Below, piece after piece: positions 13,219 to 23,600 of a DNA stretch of 64,000 nucleotides. The position numbers were made by a program, and so were the translations under genes. This stretch comes from Zygnema circumcarinatum SAG 698-1b (lineage: Eukaryota > Plantae > Zygnematophyceae). Location: the NCBI GenBank assembly GCA_037447605.1, contig CM074819.1, positions 62,001-126,000 on the forward strand, given 5' to 3'. The notes beneath the pieces are model-generated. The model worked only from the letters and a program-made list of their open reading frames with translations. It did no database searches and was not told where the DNA came from. The number at the start of each line of letters is the position of its first letter. Position 1 is the stretch's first letter.

Positions 13219-13920
13219 GCTCTGATACCAATGTAACAAACCCGCGACCTCAGCAGGGTTCGAACACAGGACCTCCCGGTACCCACACCAGTGCTTTACC
13301 ATTAAAAGGCAACCGCGGATGTAAATACTAGGCCATACAACACATGTATAGCGTTTCGCTACATTCCTCCCCACCTAAACCGGGCTCGTCCTTGAGCGCA
13401 CTCAAGGGTTTTCACGAGCAGCGTTCAAGCTCCTTCAACACATGGACTACGGCCTTAGTCCCTCAGGCCACTAGGGGGAAGGCTCCCGTAGCATGCTCAG
13501 AGATCACGGTGTTTTTAGGGTGGATCGCAAATACCGGGAATTAGGCTCTGATACCAATGTAACAACCTGCCCCCTGGCAGGCTGCTCTGAAGGTCTAAGT
13601 GTCAAAGAGGGGAGGAGAGAGAGAGAGAGAGAGAGGAGCGTGAGCTCAATGCTGGTACAAAGAGCTCGGATGGTCTCCCACCCGGGCGCAGCCCCCCCTT
13701 AAGCTCCCCCCGTTGAACCCCCTACCAGCATGGAGGACCGGGAGCNNNNNNNNNNTACGATCCAAAAGGGGATCCCTTGCCCTTGGCAAGGATCGAGCCC
13801 GGAACCCCTTGTGGTCCCGGCAGCGTCTTAGCCTATCTGCTAGGCGCTGAGGTGAAGGGGTAATCATAGTAACACTATGTGTACGCCCCCCCCCGGGTCA
13901 CGCTGTAGCGTTACGCTACA
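13219..13920 (-). mobile_element. 5' end of the Gypsy element: LTR-A (13558-13920), PBS (13545-13556), short internal piece, PPT (13364-13376), mini LTR-B (13232-13363), PBS (13219-13230)
   Basis: Two TGGTATCAGAGC motifs, each preceded by ...TTGTTACA-T. Both LTRs start TGTAGCG.AACGCTA. The purine tract AGGTGGGGAGGAA abuts LTR-B. Confidence 0.85.
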
Positions 13921-16832
13921 CCTTGTTGCCGGATTCCACACTCGATATGTGGGACTGTCCTCATTGTAACCTATCAAATAACCTGGAGTGGATCGCTTCT
14001 CGAACTTTGAGTTTCTCCTGGCCTTGAGTACGGTCACGTAGCACCGGGCGCCCCAGACTCTGAAATACGCCACCGAGGGCTTTCTCCCGCTCCAGACCTC
14101 CTCCGGCACCTTGTCTTGGAGGACTCTGGACGGGCACCTGTTTCTGATATGGGCAGCCGCCATCACTGCCTCACCCCAGAATGATAGGGGGAGTGTAGAC
14201 TCACTGAGCATGGTCCTTGCCACGTCCCCTAACGTGCGGTTCACGCGCTCCGCTGCTCCATTACTCTGAGGGGAGTAAGGGGCAGCAAATTGGTGCTTCA
14301 TACTAGTTTCCTCGAAGTGGTCCTTGAAGGTCTTCGAGATGTACTCGCCTCCATTGTCAGACCGAAGTGTCTTGACCTTGAGGCCGGTCTCCCTCTCCAC
14401 CTCAAGCTGCCACTTCTTGAATGCATCAAAAGCCTCACTTTTGCTCTCTAGCATCCGCACCCAAATCTTCCGAGAAAAGTCATCCAAGAATGTGATGAAG
14501 TACCTCGAGCCTCCATTGCTTGTGGGGGTAATCGGTCCACACAAGTCACTATGGATGAGCTCGAGCTTCTCCTTGGATCGGCTCTCCTCGGTACTCCGGT
14601 GGGTGAAGGGCTGGCGGTGAGCCTTTCCAGCGAGGCAGTCTTCGCAGACTCCTTCCTTCTATCCCTTCATCCGCATCCTGATGCCTCGTACAAGGCGCTT
14701 GTTCACCAGCGTCTTCAGGCTCTGAAAGCCTAAGTGGCCCATTCTCCGGTGCCACAGAGCTGGCGCTGGATTTTCAGAGATCGTGTTCACTTGGATGGTG
14801 GGGGGTCTTACCCCGTTCAAAAGATAAAGACCGTTTTCTTCTGTTCCCTTCAGGATCACCTTCCCGGTTAGTGTGTCAAAGACCTCACACTCTTCTCCAT
14901 TGAACNNNNNNNNNNGTTGCAGCGTAGACGGAACGTGCAGTTCCCAACGTCTTCAGATCTGCAAAGGAGGACGCTTCCGAGCACATATGCTTGGAAGCTC
15001 CCGAGTCAATCAGCCATGGAAGAGCGGGTTTCTTGTCACGTACCCTTCCCACGAATTCTGCCCTCTCAACGGCAGCACGTGAGCCTTCCTTCATCATCAG
15101 GACTGTCTCCTTGGCTTCACTTCGGCAAACTACTGCCGACTTGTGGCCTTTCTTACCACACTTGAAACAGGTTCCACCGAAAGTGGTATGTTTCTTGCTC
15201 GGTTCTCCACTGGGTGCCTCGTCCTTCTTCACGGGTCTTCCCTTGTTCCGAAAGCATTCCGTCGAGAGATGGCCGGGCTTCCCACAGGTGAAGCATGTGA
15301 GGGCCTTCTTGTCTCCCCGGTCACTCTTCCCTTTGTTCCTCCTAGAAGATGCCGACCGAATTAGAAGGACGTTATCAGGGCCTAGCTTCTCCCTTTCAAA
15401 CAGCAATTCACATTCTCTGATTCTCCCCTTTACTTGCTCCAACGTCATAGGCAAACAAGTTAGTTGGGTCCTCAAAGTTTGTACTGCATGAGAATATTTG
15501 CCAGTCAGTCCTACCAGAAACTGATGGATCTGACTAGGTAAGGGAATGGGCTGTTTCGACACTATGCACTTCTGCATAAGGCTATCGAATTTGACCATGT
15601 AGTTAGTCAGGGTCTCACCCTTCTCCATTTTGAGTGCACCCAGTTCAGCGTACAGATTAACGGGCAGCCCCCCCTCTGCAACTTCATACACCGCCTGAAG
15701 ACTCTTCCACATTTCAGCAGCAGAAGTTAGGTCTACCAGCATGGCTGAAGGTGCATTGCCTACGCTCATGGCAATGTAGCCTGCGGCTTTGTAGTTCTTC
15801 ACTCGCCACAGGTCGTATGCCTTCTTAACCGCCGCCCCCTCAGAGTCGGCCGGAAGAGGTGGTTCTTGGATGGTGCCGTCAACGTACTTGAGCAGTCCCT
15901 TGCTCTCAAGCAGATACTTCATCCTCCACCTCCATGTTCTGAAGTCTGTCCCCTCGAAGATTGGGACCTTATACCTGAGCTCCTCCTCTAAGGATGCTCT
16001 GATACCACTGTTGGAAACTAATGCCTGGTCTCCCTCTCTTACTACACTCTCAGACATGCTTGTATCTCAGCGATCACACCCACCCCCAATGCACACACCG
16101 GAAGGAAGAAATGAAAACTGAAAAGTAAAGACACCGAGAAATGAAGTAAGAGGAGAAAGCCCCACCGGCTCAAAACTCCTTAAAATAGATAAGAAGGGTT
16201 ACACACAGAAACTCAGCCCTCAGGCGATTCCTACTGCTCTGCCCTACACTCCTATCTACTGCTGCCCATACAGCAGGCCTCTACACTCAGCACCACAAGC
16301 CGAGATGCAAGGTTCTAAGGGTTAACTAGCACTATGCACTAAGCAAACTAAATACTAGCCACTGAAGCACCTCCACGTTCCACCGCGTACCACCGCGTTC
16401 CACCTCCATGTCGTCGAGGTCGCTCCGCGCCTTCAGGAGTTCGCTCCGCGCCGCGCGGGAGCTCAGCTCGGGAGGCCGCCATGGGGAGGGGAGCGTCCGT
16501 ACCGAAACTCCCTTCCGAAAAGCTCCTCCGTCGCTCCGAATCTTCCGCGCGCCTTCGCGCCTCCAATTATCCGTACTAAGCTAACTCATAGCCGCGCGAC
16601 CTATCGTCGCGCGCCACGTGTCCACACAACACTTATAAAACTAAGCGGACTCCACTGGTGGCGCGGCCTATCGCCGCCCGCCACGTGTCCTATTTAAAAC
16701 CGAAAGTCTTCCAACTCAGAACAGCGCTCTTGCGCACCGTTCAGACTGTGACCGTATCTACCAAGGACCGCCGACATCGGCTAAGGACCGAAAAGTGTAC
16801 TACGTTGTACTATACCCCTATTGTACACTACA
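13921..16832 (-). mobile_element. Ty1/Copia element 3 (5' LTR ~16009-16832, PBS 15996-16007, gag, protease, integrase), interrupted by the Gypsy element at 13920
   Basis: ORF 14885-16057 has two CCHC knuckles and WLIDSGASKHM. LWHRRMGH is present, and the integrase has RYFITFLDDFSR, LRSDNGGEY and PQSNGAAER. Confidence 0.93.
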
Positions 16833-17788
16833 CCCATAACCTATTGAAAAAGACGGAGTGGACATTGTACGATCAAAGTGAGGACAGAGAGAGTTGACAC
16901 AAAAGACAGATGTGTGATTAATGTGGTGAAGAGTACAATGTCCTAATCTGTTTTATATACATTGTGGCTAGAGCTGCGCGACAAAAGAGCGTGGAACTAG
17001 CCTGAGCAAGGGCGGCTAGGTGTGAAGCACAGAGCCGCAAAAGTACAACTAAACTAACAGAAAAAGTACAAGCTAAAAGGACAGCCAGGTGTAAGTACAC
17101 GTGGCTGCGAAAACGACAAAATAGTACGACAAAACTGAGAATGTCGGATTCTCAACACTTTGAACCCTTCATGGGGCGGAAAGGGCAGTACGGTTCGTAA
17201 TGTACGGACAAGGCTGAAGCGGGTGAACGTTCTGTATGGTTATGTCGGTGCAATGTGGTCCTATCCTCTTAAAATGACACAGCTTTACTTGACGTGGCGC
17301 AACATGATTGGACATATCCGTGACGCTGTGCGGCTACCGTATTGCCCATTATTAGCAGCATCACACTTCAGCATTAAGTATCTTGAACCACAACTGCGGA
17401 TCATTACGTGCCAGCCATTGATTGGTTGTATTAATAAAAAAGTACAGCCAATGGATCCCGATCCTTACAGAATTTGGTAGGATCACAGCCTATGGTTCCG
17501 CTGATACTGTACACTTCACGGAAATCCTATGTCCGTACAGATCTCTCGGGGCGAGCGCTTCCGGCGGCGCCGAATCGCGAACGGCCTCTTCGAGCCGTGG
17601 ACGGCCCGGTCGGCTGCGAACCGCTGCGCGCCGCGGTGGTACTGCCGGCGGCATGCATGTCGTTGCATGGTCATAAAACGAGAGAATTTCTCATTACTCT
17701 CAACTGCAACTACGCCCTTCACCTTCCCCACCTTTTAACGCCTCTCCATACACACCCAGATTACGCTTTCCCCTTCAACTCCTCCGTC

Positions 17789-18076
17789 ATGAAAATTCCG
17801 ACCCTTTCCTCCTCCACCTCGCACCCCCCGGCCTCCTCCTCCTCCTCCTCCTCCTCCACCTTCCCCTCCCCCTCCCTTTACCCCTCCCCATCCTTTTCCA
17901 ATGACTCGGCAATCGCAGCGATCTTCATCGGCGGGGTCATAGTCGGAGTGGGCGTCGGCTACACGGCGTCTGCGCGGGCGGAAGGTTGCGAGTCGAGGCC
18001 CAAAGTGATCGGCCACCTCTTCATATTCAGCGGCGCCTTCCTTCTCATCGCCGCAGCCTTGGCCATGGGCCGCTGA
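17789..18076 (+). CDS. Putative 95-aa small membrane protein (Ser/Pro-rich N-terminus, two hydrophobic helices)
   Basis: ATG at 17789 with TATA-like CATAAAA at ~17672. Hydrophobic segments AIAAIFIGGVIVGVGVGY and VIGHLFIFSGAFLLIAAALAM. No recognised homologue. Confidence 0.4.
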   Translation: MKIPTLSSSTSHPPASSSSSSSSTFPSPSLYPSPSFSNDSAIAAIFIGGVIVGVGVGYTASARAEGCESRPKVIGHLFIFSGAFLLIAAALAMGR

Positions 18077-18639
18077 GTGAAACCACGAGGAGGCGGACGA
18101 CGTGAGCCAGGCAGGCAGGCAGTGGCCGACCTATTGTTTTCCTTTGGGGCGCTTAGCCCCCCATCAGATTTTGAAAAGCCGTTGTCAGCCAATGATCGAT
18201 CACCTTTTGAAGGTTGAATAGCAAAAATATACACTCTAGAATATCGCATTTTGATTTCCCAACTTACTGGTCAGGTCAGGGCCCCCTGAACTAAAATCTT
18301 GGATCTGATGATCACTATGAAGCATTTCCAACAGTTCGAAAGGAACTGGCGCAACGTAGTTCTGTCCTAATGGTGATCTTTTGATTTTGTCTAGATGGTA
18401 AGTGAACGAAAACTTCCGCTCCTAGCTTTTTTCTATTGTCCTTGGGTCCTTTGAGACCAGTTCCTCGGGGTTCCCCATGTTAATTTTGTCCATGTTATCT
18501 TTATGGCCACTGCATCATAAGATGAATGCCACATAATTTCCAAATAAATTTCCTTTCATCATATGGTGTAACATTACGTCATGTCGTGTCACATCTTGTC
18601 TCAAATCACACGTCACATCAAGTAATTATGCGCAATAAA

Positions 18640-18931
18640 GACATTGAAACTTGCAATACCATCATGAAAAGAAATCTCCAAAGGCCGCTCAGAAGCAAAT
18701 CGAGGCTACTTCATCTCTAATTCGAAAAATTAAGCTCTCTGCGTTTTCGCCAGCCGGCTTCCGGAATCCTGGTGAGCTTTCTGCAACTATTTTATATCTT
18801 CTTGTAAAGACATCCATTGTTATCTGAGATGATTGGGGTGATTGTGATTGATGACTTCTCTCTCGCTCTCTCTCTGAATCTCTTAACTCCCTCTCTTTCC
18901 CTCTCTCCCTCTCTCCCTCTCTCCCCCCCTC

Positions 18932-19007
<76 letters not shown>

Positions 19008-20081
19008 ACTCTCACACACACACACGCATACACACGCACACACAAATCACGTTTGTCTCCAAGTCCGTACACTATGATTTCAGAACTGGCTGGAAACAAT
19101 TGGACCTGCACATGCTTCTTCTATATATTCTTCATCACCCGGCTGATGAAATCTAGAATTCCTGAAGAAGATCGGAAAGCCCTGTAACCCTAAAAGCAAA
19201 GAAAAAGCCGCCAGCGACACCTTATTCTCCAATGTTTTACCCAGTAATGATTACTTCCTTTCCTCCATTTCCGTTCCTTCTCCTTGCTTACCCCTTTCCC
19301 TTCCCCTTCGCCCCCTCCCTCCCCCTCTCTTGCTCGCCCTCCTTCCACTTCCCTTCTTCTTCTATTCCACCCTTCCCTCCCACCCGTCCTTCCCTCCCTC
19401 CATCCCTCCCTTCCTCGCTCTCCCTTCCTCGCCCTCCTTCCCCCCCCTTCCGTCCCCCCTCACCCTGTCTGACAGTGTTCCCTCCCCTGTTTGATATTCA
19501 GACCCCAAATTCAAGCGGCTACGAAGGCTTTCGACTCGGTGTATGCCTCGGATTTAGATGAAATTGAAGCTGCTAAGGCTGCAGCCGCTCAGGAAAAAGT
19601 TCAAGATGCCCAGAAGAGAAAAGCGCAGGCGGAGGCAGTGGAAGCATACAACTGACCTAAGCTGGCAGAAGCGGGAATTGTTTACACACAAATAGCAAAG
19701 AAAAAATGAATACAAAGTCATACATTATATCTTAGGCTCTTTTTCTTGGTTATCGAAATTCAATGACCCCTTTCTCTCCCTCCCCCGCCGCTCCCGCGGA
19801 GTAAAAGGACCATACGTAAAGGGAGGACGGAAATCGGGGGAAGGTAAATACTAGGACGTTTGATATTCATGGAGGTCCAAAATTTCTGCTGAGTCGGGTG
19901 GGCCGAAATTTGGTGAAAGATATGAGGGGTCGGATTGTTTAATTTTCTATTTCGGGCGGGCGACCAGCTGGAAAGCCTGAAAGTCGACGAAATGATGGAC
20001 ATTTTGCGGAGCAAAGGAGCAACCATGAAGGGGAAGAAGCAGGATCATATTGCACGACTTCTAAAAGAACTTGAAAAGTAG
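18640..20081 (+). pseudogene. KU70: Ku70 (XRCC6) C-terminal fragment: C-terminal arm plus SAP domain, spliced and disabled
   Basis: Manual translation of three exons. ~18640-18771: PKAAQKQIEATSSLIRKIKLSAFSPAGFRNP then a GTGAG donor. 19502-~19680: PQIQAATKAFDSVYASDLDEIEAA...QKRKAQAEAVEAYN*PKLAEAG. 19968-20081: LESLKVDEMMDILRSKGATMKGKKQDHIARLLKELEK*. These match the plant Ku70 motif order (F.NP; SVYG..D.EE...KKRKA...W..LA..G; SAP). The conserved W is TGA. Confidence 0.75.
18857..19042. repeat. (CT)n/(CA)n microsatellite in an intron of the Ku70 fragment
   Basis: Direct inspection. Confidence 0.95.
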
Positions 20082-21049
20082 TCACTCTTTATTTTTCCTC
20101 TCCCACCCTCTCTCTCGCTTCCCTTCCCGATCTCTCTCTCTCTTCCACCCGTTTTTCTCTCCCTCCTTCCCCAACCCCCCCCCCCTCCTCTCTCTCACAC
20201 TAACTCTCCTTGTAATATTTCTCCTTTTCCTCAATTCCTCCCTCTTGTACCCTTTACCTCTCCTGCCTTCCCCGCCTCCTGGTCCCCCTTTCCTCTCCAT
20301 GCTTTCCATGACTTTTGCCTGCTGTCTCAGCCTTGTCGTCGTCCTCAGACATCTATCGCTCCCTCTCCCCGTTTGTCGTTCCCTTCCCCTCCCTTTCTAC
20401 GCTTCAGCCTTCCTTCTCTCCCTCCCANNNNNNNNNNTCACTATAGCTTTACTAGTGCTATCGACTAGGGAGTTGCTAATCAGGAGGTTAAAACGGCCAA
20501 GTGGCGGTGATTGGGGAAAAACAGAGGGCGGAGAAGTTCGGCTATCGCTGTCGTTTTCTTCAGTCAAACGTCTCCCTCCGCTCCTCCTTCCGCGCTCTCG
20601 TCTCCTCCTTCTTCATCTCCTCCCTTCTCCGTCTTCTCTCATCCGGACTCTCATCTGTGCTCGATGACTCGCCTCAATCACTCTCCCTCTCCTCACAAAG
20701 GTTCCTATTGCACTCGGTCACCTTCTCATCACCTTCTCCCATAGAATGAAGTCAATGCACCCTTCCTCCCTACCTCATCTCTTCGATGTCCAGCAAAAGC
20801 TTCTTCTAGACCTGCTCCATTATCTCCGACATGCTTCTCATTTTCACGCTCACTCTCCAAAGAAAATTAGGGTGGGGGATATCCAAATGGTGGGGGGGGG
20901 GGCATTTAAAATAGGGGCGGAATATCCTTCTTCAAAAAGAATTGAAAAAAATCCTGACGTGGGTGGGTTGGGATTGACTTTTCTTTTTCTTCAATGCGTT
21001 CAATGCCCATCTCCATACCAAAAACAAACAAAAAAACGTTTATATAAAT

Positions 21050-21295
21050 ATTACTTTTTGTAATGTGAGAACCCAGCAGGTTTTAGCTTCATAGCTTCAC
21101 TCAATGTCTTGCCCCAAAGCCCAAACACTTTGACAAGATGTTTGACTAATCTTTGCCTAACTTCTTATGCTTCAAGTGCTGATCTAACCATTTCTATCTG
21201 CTCATAGTTAGTTATTTTAGCCCCCTTGGGTCTTATGTGACCATTTTGTTCCTCGTTGTTCCTCATGATATTGTTGAACATGCACATATCATGAC
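21050..21295 (-). mobile_element. Possible PIF/Harbinger transposase C-terminal remnant; inverted copy at ~24664-24910
   Basis: Reads CMFNNIM...MVRSALEA*EVRQRLVKHLVK, resembling the C.LHN...A..VR..L..HL end of Harbinger DDE proteins. The second copy is in the opposite orientation. Confidence 0.4.
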
Positions 21296-21446
21296 ATGAC
21301 CGTGCCTAAGGACAATGCCACACATACCCTCCCCCCCCCCCCCCCAATCTGCTTAAAGCCAATCGAGCCTTCAAGAGGCTGCTCGCTTGAGGGAGTCCGA
21401 ATGGAAGCATACCAACCTGTCCTTTTGTGCATATCATATCGTCCCT

Positions 21447-23329
21447 CTATGAATATTTGAGAATTTTCTTTAAGAGCACGATATAGATCACAATGGTGGC
21501 GATGATAACGATTGGAGGGATGCTAGTCCCGGGCATGTCTTCATTAACGGCCGCCCTCCCAAAGAGCCACGTGGCAGCTTCAAAAAAGTTCCGCTTGAAG
21601 GTGCTCAATGCACCCATCAAGAGGTGTAAAAGGCTTTGTGGTGGGTCTATTTGCTCGTGAATCCGAAGAGCATGTTCGAAAATCAAATTATTATCTGCAC
21701 CATTCGAACCTGAGGAGATAGATAACAAAAGCGAGATAGCAGGAGATCAGACATCCTCAGCTTAAAGAACAGTGGCAGATCCCTCTCTCTTTCCCTTCCC
21801 TCCCCTCCCTTCTCTCCCCTCCCTGCCCTCCCTCCCCCCTCCCCTCCCCTCCCCTCCCTCCCTCTAGGCACCCTTTAAGGGTTTTTAGGGTTCTTAAAGT
21901 GTGAGCAGGCACACACACGCACTCTCGTATGCATACCGATTAGATTTCCGCGTTGGCGTAAAAGCCTCTGAACTCCTTCGTTTTGCATAATGGTTCTGCA
22001 AACATCTTCATCCTGCGCCAAAGAAGCTACGACCTCCTGCAACAAAGGCAAACCCAAAGCTCAGAACCCATCAAAGGCCACAATGACTATGACAATTTTT
22101 TTTTTTTTTTTTGAGGGTATTGAAGTTTTTAGTGACCATTTCATACTACCAGGCGAGCCTTTCACTACCTTCATAAGTATGAATATCACCGCACCTGTGC
22201 AACGGGATCGAGATTTGAAATTTTCAACACCCTTGCCATCATGTTCATGGGAGCAGTCGAGGGCCTGTGCGTCATAGACTGCGCTCCAACATGGTGGTGA
22301 ACCATTCCTCTGACTACGATGGCATCTTCAACCGCCGCCTCCTCCTTACCAGCAATGGCTCCATAGACGCCCTCCTCGACATGGCTGGTACAATTCCTGG
22401 AACAAGAAAGAAAGCAAAACAATGGTCTTATCAGCCAACATGAAAGCAAGTGGACGCATCCAACGGCTCAAAAGTCAGAACTAGCCCTCTCTCTTTGCGT
22501 GAAGTGAATCAAGATTTTTCAAGTTGAACATGAAAAAGCATCCAAGAAAGAGATTTATTCAGAGTGCGACAAACAAGCGAGTCTGTAGAGATGTGGGACC
22601 TTAGGTATTCATGCAAATCACAAATGGCGTCGTCAACTTCGTTTTTTGTGGGAGGATTTTCAAATAGGGTTGCAGGAACAGTGACATCTTCGCAATCAAG
22701 GCGTTCCCAAACATTTGAAAACCAACGACGGGGCGGACTGCTCGAATCTGAAAGATGAAGTGCATGGCCCGAGCTGCTTCCTCCTCCCTGCATGGAAAAA
22801 ATCCCATACATTAAGCCGCTTCTCATCACACAAGACGAATGCGAAACACACTTATAGTCGCTTGTTAAACGAAAGTGGGGAAGAAATGGAGCATCTTAGG
22901 CAAGAGATTAGACTTAACCCTGAATTCGTCTTTTCCACAAAGGGTGCATTATAAGTAGAGGTAATTTTTAATCCTTCCACTTCCGCAACCTCACTGGAAC
23001 GAGCTAGGAAACAAAATGCTGAGGACAGTCAATTGCATGAGGAGAAACGGATCCTCTTCAAACCAGTTTCATTCAAACAAGTTACTCGTCAAAAATCGTT
23101 CACCAATGTTTATTTCCTATCTGAAGCCCCTCTCCCTTTCCCTCCACTTCTGACAAGCGCCAAAGCCCATCAGAGGATGCCTCACCGTGGGCGCAGCGTT
23201 AAGTTGAAGAGGAATCCGTCCGTCAATAGCGGCAGAAGGCCCTGCTACATCTACAGCTCCAGCTGTAGCTCCAACTGTAGCTTCAGTTCCAGCCTTACTA
23301 GGAGCTTCAGCAGCAGCACGTATTTCCAT
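21447..23329 (-). CDS. 5-exon gene for a conserved plant protein with a C-terminal TM anchor (UCP012943 / At5g54540-like)
   Basis: GT-AG exons 23329-23186, 22787-22600, 22396-22195, 22036-21937 and 21709-21447 join in frame. Motifs LF..PPTKNEVDDAI.DL and DPVAQEVVASLAQDEDV...IMQNEGVQRL, plus a hydrophobic tail PIVIIATIVIYIVLLKK. The family is recalled from memory. Confidence 0.75.
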
Positions 23330-23439
23330 ACGGAGAATTATGCCCTGCTGTTTGGACAGGCCGGCAGGTGCTGAACGAGGGGGAGAGAATCGCAGGGGCA
23401 GATGGAGAGGGAGAGGAGGAGGGGGAGGAGGGCGAGGGG

Positions 23440-23600
23440 GATGGAGGGCGAGGGGGATGGAGAGCGAGAGGGCGAGGGGGATGGAGAGCGAGAGGGCGAG
23501 GGGGATGGAGAGCGAGAGGGCGAGGGGGATGGAGAGCGAGAGGGCGAGGGGGATGGAGAGCGAGAGGGCGAGGGGGATGGAGAGCGAGAGGGCGTGGAAG
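23440..23600. repeat. 24-bp tandem repeat (GGATGGAGAGCGAGAGGGCGAGGG); inverted copy at ~29340-29510
   Basis: Direct inspection; it explains the low-complexity ORFs in all frames here. Confidence 0.95.

Noticed and set aside
12160-13286. Overlapping long ORFs on both strands
   Set aside because: GC-rich shadow frames of Gypsy gag.
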